Shown here in pieces: positions 8,522 to 16,883 of a stretch of 64,000 bases of DNA; position 1 is the first letter of the stretch; each line of letters opens with the position of its first letter. The notes under the pieces were generated by a model. That model was not told the origin of the DNA. It saw only the letters and a program-made list of their open reading frames with translations, and did not search any database. The translations under genes were made by a program, and so were the position numbers. Source of the DNA: Bryobacterales bacterium (GTDB taxonomy: Bacteria; Acidobacteriota; Terriglobia; Bryobacterales; UBA6623); NCBI GenBank assembly GCA_028819235.1, contig JAPPMC010000080.1:1412-65411 (forward strand). The letters are read 5' to 3'.

Positions 8522-10711
8522 ATGGAGAAGGCGAGGGCGATGTTCGGCTCCTTCAAGGCGCTCCTGTCTCGCCATCGGCTGGGCCGCGTCCGCCGGAGCA
8601 TCGCTGTCCAGCTGTACGTGGGCCTCGGCGGTGCCGTCGCCGTCACGCTGGCGGCCAGCGCGGTGGGCTGGATGACCTTCAACCAGGTGGGGAACGAGCA
8701 GGCCCGGGTCAACGACCGAAACGTTCCGGACATGGCCGCCGCGTTCGCGGTGGCACAGCGCATCGGCGCACTGGTGGACACCGCCCCCCGGCTGACCGTG
8801 GCCTCGAGCGAGGCGGAGTTCGAGTCGGTGCGCGCCGAGATTGGGCGCGAGCGCGAGGCTTTCGAGGCCCGCTTGAACGAACTGGGCGAGAGGCGCGGTC
8901 AGAGCGAGGGTGTCCGCCGTGTCCGCGTGTGGGGTCGTGCGATGACCACCAACATTGAGGCAATCGAGCAGTCCGAGATCGAACTGTTGCGTCTGGGCGC
9001 CAAGCTCGATGCGCAGAGGGAGCAGATCCGCACGGTCAGCAGCCGGCTATCCCAGCAGCTGGAGACCTTGATCGACGACCATTACTTCTTTGCTAAGACC
9101 GGCTACCGGGACATCCAATCGCCGCCGGTGGAACGCTCAGTGCCCTTCCTCGACTCGGAGCTCGGCCGCTTCCGCCAGATCGCGGCGCTGAAGGAGGGGG
9201 CCGCCATAGGCGACCAAATCTTGGCGAGCCTCTTCAGCGTCTCGCACCCGGATCGCGTGATCCCGCTCCGCGAGCGGTACGAAGCGGCCTCCAGCCAGAT
9301 CGGCCGGAGTCTCGCGGCCCTCGCGGACGACGAGCGCAGCCAAGCGGTGGCCGCCAACTTCGAGGAGCTGTTCAACCTGACGTTCACTACCGGCGGCGTG
9401 TTCGAGACGCGCTCGGAAGAGCTCGAGATGGACACACGGCAGACCGAGCTGCTCGCGGAGAACCGTGAGGTTGCCTCCAACCTGATCACGGAGATCGAGT
9501 CGTTGGTGTCCGTGCTCAGCAGCGGAACGCTGGCATCGACGCGCTCCAGTTCCGAGACAGTGCGGACAGGGCGCAATTTGCTGCTCGCCATGAACCTCTT
9601 CAGCGTTGCAAGCGCAGTCATGATCGGCTGGCTCTTCATCGGGCGCCATCTGCTCTCGCGTCTGGAGCGCCTGTCAACGCGCATGCGGCGGATGGCCATG
9701 GGTGACCTCGAGTCCAAGGTCGAGCGCGAAGGGACGGACGAGATCGCCGAGATGGCAGAGGCGCTGGAAGTCTTCCGCCGGCACTCCCTGGAGGTGCAGC
9801 GGCTGAACTTGGTGGAGGAACTCGCCGAAGACCTCAGCGACAAGAACGCCATGCTCGAGTCGGCGCTGGCGGACCTGCGCAAAGCGCAGGACCAGATTGT
9901 GATGCGCGAGAAGCTGGCCGCGCTTGGCGAGCTCACGGCCGGCGTGGCCCACGAGATCAAGAACCCTTTGAATTTCGTCAAGAACTTCGCCGAGGTCTCC
10001 GAGGAGCTCCTTGAGGAGCTCCAAGAACTGCTCCCCGACCCGGGCGAGCCCGTGGAAGCGGAGGACCAGGAGGAGGTCGACGACCTGATGGACGATCTCT
10101 CCGGCAACCTGCAGCTCATACGCCAGCACGGCGAGCGGGCGGACGCGATCGTCCGCGACATGCTGATGATGGGCCGCGGGTCCGACGAGAAACGACCGAC
10201 GAACATCAACAGCCTTGTCCGCGAGCACGCCAACTTGGCCTACCACAGTGCCCGGGCCACCGATGCGGACTTCCAGCTGCACATCGAGCAGGACTACGAC
10301 CAGCGTCTGGACACGACCGAGGTCGAAGTCGTGCCCCAAGATGTAGGGCGTGTAGTGCTGAACATGGTCGGCAACGCCTGCCACGCGACCGACGACAAGC
10401 GGCGGTCGGGAGCGGAGATGTACCTGCCGACCCTTCAGCTCAGCACGCTGCTGGACACCGACAAGGTGCAGATCCGCATCAGAGACAACGGCTGCGGAAT
10501 GCCGGACGATGTGGTCGAGAAGATCTTCAACCCGTTCTTCACCACCAAGCCGACCGACAAGGGGACTGGGCTCGGGCTGGCGCTGTCGAACGACATCGTG
10601 CGAAAGCACGGCGGCCGGATTCTGGTCGACACGGAACCGGGCGAGGGCACGGAGATGACCGTGGAACTACCGACCGCACCGGGGACGGCGGGCCCGGCGC
10701 TTGATGCGTAG
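8522..10711 (+). CDS. Membrane sensor histidine kinase (TM - large extracytoplasmic domain - TM - HAMP - HisKA - HATPase)
   Basis: 729 aa with two hydrophobic segments. H-box AHEIKNPLNF, N-box LNMVGNACHA, G-boxes DNGCGMP and GTGLGLA. No receiver domain. Confidence 0.85.
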   Translation: MEKARAMFGSFKALLSRHRLGRVRRSIAVQLYVGLGGAVAVTLAASAVGWMTFNQVGNEQARVNDRNVPDMAAAFAVAQRIGALVDTAPRLTVASSEAEFESVRAEIGREREAFEARLNELGERRGQSEGVRRVRVWGRAMTTNIEAIEQSEIELLRLGAKLDAQREQIRTVSSRLSQQLETLIDDHYFFAKTGYRDIQSPPVERSVPFLDSELGRFRQIAALKEGAAIGDQILASLFSVSHPDRVIPLRERYEAASSQIGRSLAALADDERSQAVAANFEELFNLTFTTGGVFETRSEELEMDTRQTELLAENREVASNLITEIESLVSVLSSGTLASTRSSSETVRTGRNLLLAMNLFSVASAVMIGWLFIGRHLLSRLERLSTRMRRMAMGDLESKVEREGTDEIAEMAEALEVFRRHSLEVQRLNLVEELAEDLSDKNAMLESALADLRKAQDQIVMREKLAALGELTAGVAHEIKNPLNFVKNFAEVSEELLEELQELLPDPGEPVEAEDQEEVDDLMDDLSGNLQLIRQHGERADAIVRDMLMMGRGSDEKRPTNINSLVREHANLAYHSARATDADFQLHIEQDYDQRLDTTEVEVVPQDVGRVVLNMVGNACHATDDKRRSGAEMYLPTLQLSTLLDTDKVQIRIRDNGCGMPDDVVEKIFNPFFTTKPTDKGTGLGLALSNDIVRKHGGRILVDTEPGEGTEMTVELPTAPGTAGPALDA

Positions 10712-10725
10712 GGCGAACACCGCCC

Positions 10726-11064
10726 TCAGGAGGAGACTCTGGCCACCGCGGCGTCCCGGCTACCGAACAGCGGGATGATCTTCTCAAAGCCGCTGATCGC
10801 AAAGACCTCGCGGATGGGATGTCCCAACCCGCACATGGCAAAGCGCTTGCCCTGACTCTTAAGGCTCTTACGGACCAGCAGCACGGCGCGCAGGCCGGCA
10901 CTGCTGATGTAGGCGAGACCCTCGCAGTCGACCACCATCCCGCGGTCAGCGCCTCCGGCCAGACGCATCAGCGTCCGCTCGAATTCCCTGGCATTCGTGC
11001 TGTCCACGCGTGTGCAGGCTTCCGCAATCACCACGTCTCCCGACCGAGTGGTTTCGAGTTCCAT
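10726..11064 (-). CDS. STAS-domain anti-sigma-factor antagonist (SpoIIAA/RsbV-like)
   Basis: 112 aa. DCEGLAYISSAGLRAVL contains the conserved phosphorylatable Ser context. Confidence 0.85.
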   Translation of the reverse strand: MELETTRSGDVVIAEACTRVDSTNAREFERTLMRLAGGADRGMVVDCEGLAYISSAGLRAVLLVRKSLKSQGKRFAMCGLGHPIREVFAISGFEKIIPLFGSRDAAVARVSS

Positions 11065-11142
11065 CTTCCGTGTCTCCTTCGATACCTGGGCCTGACGGCT
11101 ACGCTGTACCCTGACGCTGGGCTGTCGGCTCAGCGCCTAAAC

Positions 11143-11155
11143 AGGTATAGCAGAT
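11143..11155 (-). promoter_or_regulatory. Conserved upstream motif AGGTATA[G/C]CAGAT, copy 1 (second copy at 11591-11603)
   Basis: Near-identical 13-mers (1 mismatch, with extended similarity GCCT.A..AGGTATA.CAGAT). Each lies 50-95 nt upstream of one STAS gene on its coding strand. Function unknown. Confidence 0.3.
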
Positions 11156-11201
11156 CGCGAGCCGCCCATCAGCCGGACCCTCCGGCAACTGCAAAGGACC
11201 G

Positions 11202-11540
11202 TCATCGGCGGATCGCGGCAACTGCCTCCTCGCGGGTGTGATAGGTCGGTATGACCCTGTCGAACCCGGTGATGGCGAACACCCTCTGCACCTGACGGTC
11301 GAGCTCGCACATGACCAAGGGGGTCTTCCTGCGCGAGAGGGCCCTCGACACGGCCAGCAGGGCCCTCAGGCCCGCGCTGCTGATGTAGGAGAGCTTCTTG
11401 CAGTCAACCACGACGCCTCGGTCGCCTTCCCCGATCGAATCCTGCACTGCATCCTGAAACGCAAGGGCGTTCTCGCTGTCAAGCTCGCGCCACGCTCCGA
11501 CCGTCAGGATTCCCTGCGTACGATGCGTTGGCAAGTCCAC
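11202..11540 (-). CDS. STAS-domain anti-sigma-factor antagonist, tandem paralogue
   Basis: 112 aa. DCKKLSYISSAGLRALL. Same length as the neighbouring STAS protein and colinear with it over the whole sequence. Confidence 0.85.
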   Translation of the reverse strand: MDLPTHRTQGILTVGAWRELDSENALAFQDAVQDSIGEGDRGVVVDCKKLSYISSAGLRALLAVSRALSRRKTPLVMCELDRQVQRVFAITGFDRVIPTYHTREEAVAAIRR

Positions 11541-11647
11541 CGCCGTAAGCTCGATGCTGCGCGACGACCCTACCGTCCCGCCGCCTGACTAGGTATACCA
11601 GATTCCGCCAGTCCCGGGGTGCCACGGAAGGGCGCTAGAGTGGCTGC

Positions 11648-12700
11648 ATGCAGAGGCGACTCCGGGCGGTCGGAATTGGCGCAGGCTACTTTTCGGGCTA
11701 CCAGTACGAAGCCTGGGGCAGGATCCCGGAGGTGCGGCTGGTCGCGATCCACAACCGCACCGAGTCCAAGGCCCGCCGGCTCATGCGGATCCACGGGATC
11801 GCGCGCTACTACGGGGACTGGCGGCAGATGATCGCCCGCGAGCGGCCCGACTTCGTGGACGTCATCACTCCGCCGGAGACGCACGCCGACATGTGCGGTT
11901 TCGCCGCTGGCCGGGGTGTGGGAGTCATCTGCCAGAAGCCCCTGGCTCCTACCCTTGCAGAGAGCGCTGCAATCGTGCGACAGGCCAAGGACGCCGGGGT
12001 GCGCTTCATGGTCCACGAGAACTTCCGCTGGCAGCCTTGGTACCGCAAGATCCGGGCCATTCTGGACGGCGGCGATCTCGGTCGTCCGACCCACCTGTAC
12101 TTCCGAATGCGCACCGGCGACGGCTGGACGGAAGATGCCTACCTAGACCGGCAGCCATTCTTCCGGGACTATCCCAGACTGCTGGTGTACGAGACGGCTG
12201 TCCACTTCATCGACACGTTCCGATACCTCTTGGGAGAGGTCACGGATGTGTACGCGCGGCTGCGCCGACTGAACCCGGCGATCCGCGGAGAGGACGAGGG
12301 GCAGATCCTGCTGGCTTTCGCCGGGGGGGCAACCGCGACCATTGACGCGAACCGCTACAACGAGGCGGAGACGCCCAATCCCCGCTATACGTTCGGGGAA
12401 CTCCGGCTCGACTGCACAGGAGGCCACCTTGCCATGGAGGCGGACTCCTCGATGCGGATCAAGACTTTGGGCCAGCCCGTTCGCGCCGTGGACTACGACC
12501 GCGAGGACCGCAACTTCGCCGGGGACTGCGTGTACGCCCTGCAGCGGCACTTCACGGACCGGTGGCTCGCCGGCCTACCGTTCGAGAGCAGCGGCGAGGA
12601 CTACCTCCGCACGCTCGCAGTGGTGGATGCAGTCTACGAGTCGGCTCGGTCGCGCCAAGCAGTTCGGCTCGGTGCCGCCGAAGGCCAGCGAACCCTATGA
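11648..12700 (+). CDS. Gfo/Idh/MocA family oxidoreductase
   Basis: 350 aa. N-terminal Rossmann segment RAVGIGAGYFSGYQ and family-typical length. The stop overlaps the next start (ATGA). Confidence 0.8.
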   Translation: MQRRLRAVGIGAGYFSGYQYEAWGRIPEVRLVAIHNRTESKARRLMRIHGIARYYGDWRQMIARERPDFVDVITPPETHADMCGFAAGRGVGVICQKPLAPTLAESAAIVRQAKDAGVRFMVHENFRWQPWYRKIRAILDGGDLGRPTHLYFRMRTGDGWTEDAYLDRQPFFRDYPRLLVYETAVHFIDTFRYLLGEVTDVYARLRRLNPAIRGEDEGQILLAFAGGATATIDANRYNEAETPNPRYTFGELRLDCTGGHLAMEADSSMRIKTLGQPVRAVDYDREDRNFAGDCVYALQRHFTDRWLAGLPFESSGEDYLRTLAVVDAVYESARSRQAVRLGAAEGQRTL

Positions 12701-15291
12701 TTGGGGTCGCCATGGGGGGCTCCATCCAGCATGCCGGAATGCTGGCCGTGCCACGGCTCCCCTTCCGGATGTGCGCCGTGGCGTGGGTGGCCGCGGCGGC
12801 GGCCTTGGGGCAAGCACAGCCGCCTCGCGGCTACTCGATTCCGACGGTAGACCTAGCGCACGAGGAGCACCGCCAAGTGGTTGTGGACCGCGAGCCGGGC
12901 CAGTACCTTGGGCATCCCTCAACCCTGCTGCTCCCCGACAACCGCACGATCCTGATGGCATATCCCATGGGGCATGGCAGGGGGGCCATCGTCTACAAGA
13001 AGAGTTCCGACGGCGGGCTGACTTGGAGCAGCCGGCTCGCGACGCCCGAAAACTGGGCCACGTCGATGGAGGTCCCGACGCTGTTCCGCCTGGTCGCCCC
13101 GGACGGGACGGCCCGCGTCCTGCTCTTCTCGGGCAAGGCCGGGGGCATCCGTGTGGCGCAGTCCGACGACGAGGGCCGCACTTGGTCCGCGCTGCGGCCA
13201 GTGGCGACGCCGGGCCCGCCCTTCGGAGGAATCGTGGCCATGTCGTCCGTGGTGGAGCGCTCGGACGGCGCGCACATGGCCTTCTTCCACGACGACGGCC
13301 GCTGGCTCCGCGACCCGCCGGAACATCCCGGCGGCGGCCGTTTCGCCGTCTACAAGAGCGTCTCCACGGACGGGGGACAGACCTGGGCCCAGCCAGAGGT
13401 GGTGACGCGGCACACCGAGGCGCACCTTTGCGAGCCCGGCGCCGTGCGATCGCCGGACGGCCGCCAGATCGCGCTGCTCCTTCGCGAGAACAGCCGCAGG
13501 CTTAACTCCTTCGTGGTCTTCTCGGACGACGAGGGCGAGACGTGGAGCGAGCCCCGCGAGCTGCCGGGCGCGCTGACCGGGGACCGTCACGTGGCACGGT
13601 ACGCGCCCGACGGGCGCCTCTTCATCAGCTTCCGCGACCGGACCCACGTCAGCCCAACTCACGGCGACTGGGTGGGTTGGGTCGGCACCTACGACGATAT
13701 CGCGGCGGGCCGGGAGGGCCAGTATCGAGTGCGCCTCATGGACAACCTCAAGGGGACTGACACCGCCTATCCGGCCGTGGAGCTGCTACCCGACGGGACA
13801 TTCGTGGCCACGACCTACGGCCACTGGACGGCGGGCGAAGCGCCCTATATTGCAAGCGTGCGCTTCAAGCTCGAGGAGCTGGACACGCGGGCCGCAGTGG
13901 CCGGCCCCGAACCGGCCTCGATGGTGCGGGAGGCAGAGCGGCCGCCTGTCGCACCGCAGGCCCCCGAGGGCAGCCCAAACGTTCTGTTCATCGCAATCGA
14001 CGACCTAAACGACTGGATCCTCGAGCGCCACACGCCGCTGAAGATGCCGAACCTGATGCGTCTTGCGCGCAGGGGGGCCCTGTTCCGGCGCGCCTACACC
14101 GCTTCGCCCGCCTGCAACCCTTCGCGCGTCGCTCTGTTGACCGGCCTGAGCCCTTCCACGACGGGGGTATACGGGAACCGCTCGGACTGGCGCGGGGCGC
14201 TGCCGTCGACCGTCACGCTTCCGCGGCATTTCATGAACCATGGTTACCGCGTGGAGGGCGCTGGGAAGATATTCCACCACCATCTGAACAGCGCCTTCCA
14301 CGACGACGAGTCATTCCACCGCTTTGTGAAGATGCAGCTCGACCCGATGCCGCCCACGAAGCTGAACAGGATTCCGGAAGTTGCAAGCCTGAACTTCGAC
14401 TGGGGCCCGTGGCCCTTGGATGAGTCGGCCACCCCCGACGTGCGCTCGGTGGAGTTCGGGATCGAATTTCTCTCGCGGCGGCATGAGCAGCCCTTCTTCC
14501 TGGCGATCGGCCTGTTCCGGCCGCACATGCCATTCCACGTCCCCCCGAAGTACTTCGCCGAGTATCCGGGCGAGGCGGTGGCAATGCCTCGCGCACCGGC
14601 GAACGACCTGGAGGACATCCCGGAGGGCGGATTGGCGCTGCTTCGCGAGAAGCAGCACTTCATGCGGGCCATCCGCGCCGGAGAGGCGCGCAGCCGCGGC
14701 ACGTGGAGGGAGGCGGTGCGAGCCTACCAGGCCAGCTGCACGTTCGCGGACCACCAGCTCGGGCGGCTCCTGGCAGCCCTCTCGCGATCTGAGCACGCCA
14801 CGAACACCGTCGTCGCGCTGTGGTCGGACCACGGCTACCACCTCGGCGAGAAAGGCCACTGGGAAAAGTTCGCCCTGTGGGAAAAGTCCACGCGCGTACC
14901 GCTGGTCCTGGTGGCTCCGGGGCGCATCCGGGCCGGAACCGTGGTTGATGCGCCGGTGTCGCTGCTGGACGTGTACCCCACACTGGTGGAACTCTGCGGG
15001 CTGCCTGAGAGGAGGGGGCTCGAGGGCGAGAGCCTGCTGCGGGCGATTCGGGGGCAATCGCCCCAGCGGTCGGTGGCGATGACGTATCAGCGGGGGAACC
15101 ACGCGGTCCGCTCGAGCCGCTGGCGCTACATCCGCTACGCGGACGGGAGCGAGGAGCTCTACGACCACAGGGGCGACCCCGACGAGCTCTCCAACCTGGC
15201 GGGGACCGGCGCGCACGCGGACGTCATCCGCTCGCTGCGCCGCTGGCTGCCGCGCAAGGACGCCCCGACCGTTCCGGACCTGCGGCGGTGA
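12697..15291 (+). CDS. Exported fusion protein: BNR/Asp-box sialidase-like beta-propeller + formylglycine-type sulfatase
   Basis: Four Asp-boxes (SSDGGLTWS, SDDEGRTWS, STDGGQTWA, SDDEGETWS). From about nt 13975 there is a sulfatase domain (NVLFIAIDDLNDW) with the CxPxR motif SPACNPSRVALLTG. I set the start at the ATGA overlap (12697), which is followed by a signal peptide. Confidence 0.8.
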   Translation: MIGVAMGGSIQHAGMLAVPRLPFRMCAVAWVAAAAALGQAQPPRGYSIPTVDLAHEEHRQVVVDREPGQYLGHPSTLLLPDNRTILMAYPMGHGRGAIVYKKSSDGGLTWSSRLATPENWATSMEVPTLFRLVAPDGTARVLLFSGKAGGIRVAQSDDEGRTWSALRPVATPGPPFGGIVAMSSVVERSDGAHMAFFHDDGRWLRDPPEHPGGGRFAVYKSVSTDGGQTWAQPEVVTRHTEAHLCEPGAVRSPDGRQIALLLRENSRRLNSFVVFSDDEGETWSEPRELPGALTGDRHVARYAPDGRLFISFRDRTHVSPTHGDWVGWVGTYDDIAAGREGQYRVRLMDNLKGTDTAYPAVELLPDGTFVATTYGHWTAGEAPYIASVRFKLEELDTRAAVAGPEPASMVREAERPPVAPQAPEGSPNVLFIAIDDLNDWILERHTPLKMPNLMRLARRGALFRRAYTASPACNPSRVALLTGLSPSTTGVYGNRSDWRGALPSTVTLPRHFMNHGYRVEGAGKIFHHHLNSAFHDDESFHRFVKMQLDPMPPTKLNRIPEVASLNFDWGPWPLDESATPDVRSVEFGIEFLSRRHEQPFFLAIGLFRPHMPFHVPPKYFAEYPGEAVAMPRAPANDLEDIPEGGLALLREKQHFMRAIRAGEARSRGTWREAVRAYQASCTFADHQLGRLLAALSRSEHATNTVVALWSDHGYHLGEKGHWEKFALWEKSTRVPLVLVAPGRIRAGTVVDAPVSLLDVYPTLVELCGLPERRGLEGESLLRAIRGQSPQRSVAMTYQRGNHAVRSSRWRYIRYADGSEELYDHRGDPDELSNLAGTGAHADVIRSLRRWLPRKDAPTVPDLRR

Positions 15292-16103
15292 GCGGATCCG
15301 CACGCAGTGCTCCGGTCCGCGGCGGCGGGAAGGGGGCCACGGGCTTCGGTGGGACGGTCCACCGTTACGCGTCGGTGGACTCGACCATGCGGGTCGCCGC
15401 TGAGCTCGCGCTCGAAGGCTGCGCCGAGGGGACCGCCGTGAGCGCGGACCGCCAGACCGCCGGAAGGGGCAGGCTGGGGCGCAAGTGGCATTCCGAGGCA
15501 GGTCAGGGAGTGTACCTGTCGGTCGTGCTGCGACCGGACTGCGCGCCTGCCCACGCCCCGCTGCTGACGCTGGTGGCCGGACTGGCCGCCAAGCAGGCGC
15601 TGGAGCAGGTGGCGGGGGTCGAGTGCGACATTCGCTGGCCCAACGACATCCTGATCGGGGGCCGCAAGTGCTGCGGCATCCTTGTCGAGATGGAATGCTC
15701 AGCCGACCGGGTCACGCACGTCGTCGTCGGCATCGGCGTCAACGCAAACCACCTCAGTTTCCCGGACGAACTGGCCGGCCTAGCGACTTCCCTGCGGATC
15801 GAGACCGGCCGCCGCTGGAGCCGTCGGGCCATTCAGGGGGCGCTGCTGAGCGCCCTAGAGGCTTGCTATAGGCTCCACCATGCGCGGGGGGCGGAACCGA
15901 TCCTCGAGGCGTTTCGGCGGGCCTCCAGCTACGTCGAGGGTCGCCGGGTGGTGATCGAGGACGTCCCAGCAGGGCAGGCAGTCCCCACGCGCGGGGTGAC
16001 CGCAGGACTGGACGGCAACGGCGCTCTGCTGCTGCGGGCCGAAGACGGTACGGTCGCGCCCGTGCTGGCCGGCAGCGTGCGCCCTGAGCCGGGCAGAATG
16101 TAG
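15288..16103 (+). CDS. birA: Biotin--[acetyl-CoA-carboxylase] ligase (no N-terminal HTH)
   Basis: 271 aa with the GRGRLGRKW signature. GTGA start/stop overlap with the upstream gene. Confidence 0.85.
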   Translation: MSGSARSAPVRGGGKGATGFGGTVHRYASVDSTMRVAAELALEGCAEGTAVSADRQTAGRGRLGRKWHSEAGQGVYLSVVLRPDCAPAHAPLLTLVAGLAAKQALEQVAGVECDIRWPNDILIGGRKCCGILVEMECSADRVTHVVVGIGVNANHLSFPDELAGLATSLRIETGRRWSRRAIQGALLSALEACYRLHHARGAEPILEAFRRASSYVEGRRVVIEDVPAGQAVPTRGVTAGLDGNGALLLRAEDGTVAPVLAGSVRPEPGRM

Positions 16104-16106
16104 GGG

Positions 16107-16874
16107 ATGCTGCTCGCTGTCGACGTCGGCAACACGAATCTCACGATCGGGCTCTTTGAGGGCCAGCGGCGGGTCGCGAACTGGCGCCTGAAGACCGACC
16201 CCGAAGAGACCGTCGACGGCTGGGGGGCCCTGTTCCACAACCTTGTCGCGCTGGCCGGCCTGCGGATGGCAGGCGTCCGCGGATTCATCTTCTCGTCGGT
16301 CGTGCCCCAACTGGACGCGTCGCTGAGCGGCATGGCGGGCCGGTATCTTGGGCTGGAGCCGTTCCAGGTGACGGCCGCAACGCCCACCGGGCTGGCGATC
16401 CGCGTCGAGAACCCGGCGGAGGTCGGGGCGGACCGCATCGTGAACTCGGTCGCCGCGGCCCATCGATACGGCTGCCCCTGCATCGCTGTGGACTTCGGAA
16501 CAGCGATCACGTTCGACGCGATCTCTGCGGAGCGGGCGTATCTGGGAGGCGTGATCTGCCCGGGCATCCAAGTCTCCACCCAAGCCCTTGTGCGCAGGAC
16601 GGCCCGCCTTCCCCAGATCGAGGTGCGCAAGCCCCGCTCCGTCATCGGGACGAACACCGTGGGCAGCCTGCAGTCCGGCTTCTACTACGGAATGCTCGGG
16701 ATGCTTGACGGTATCCTCGCCGAGATGCTGGGCGTCCTTGGCGAGGGAACGAGCGTGGTGGCAACGGGAGGACAGGCCAGCGTGCTGGCGCCCGAGTCGC
16801 GGCACGTGCAGAAGGTGGACGACGGGCTTACCCTTGAGGGACTTCGCCTGATCTGGGCGCGCAACCGCACCTGA
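16107..16874 (+). CDS. coaX: Type III pantothenate kinase
   Basis: 255 aa. MLLAVDVGNTN and VGADRIVN motifs. The conserved birA-coaX adjacency supports the call. Confidence 0.85.
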   Translation: MLLAVDVGNTNLTIGLFEGQRRVANWRLKTDPEETVDGWGALFHNLVALAGLRMAGVRGFIFSSVVPQLDASLSGMAGRYLGLEPFQVTAATPTGLAIRVENPAEVGADRIVNSVAAAHRYGCPCIAVDFGTAITFDAISAERAYLGGVICPGIQVSTQALVRRTARLPQIEVRKPRSVIGTNTVGSLQSGFYYGMLGMLDGILAEMLGVLGEGTSVVATGGQASVLAPESRHVQKVDDGLTLEGLRLIWARNRT

Positions 16875-16883
16875 ACCGAGACC

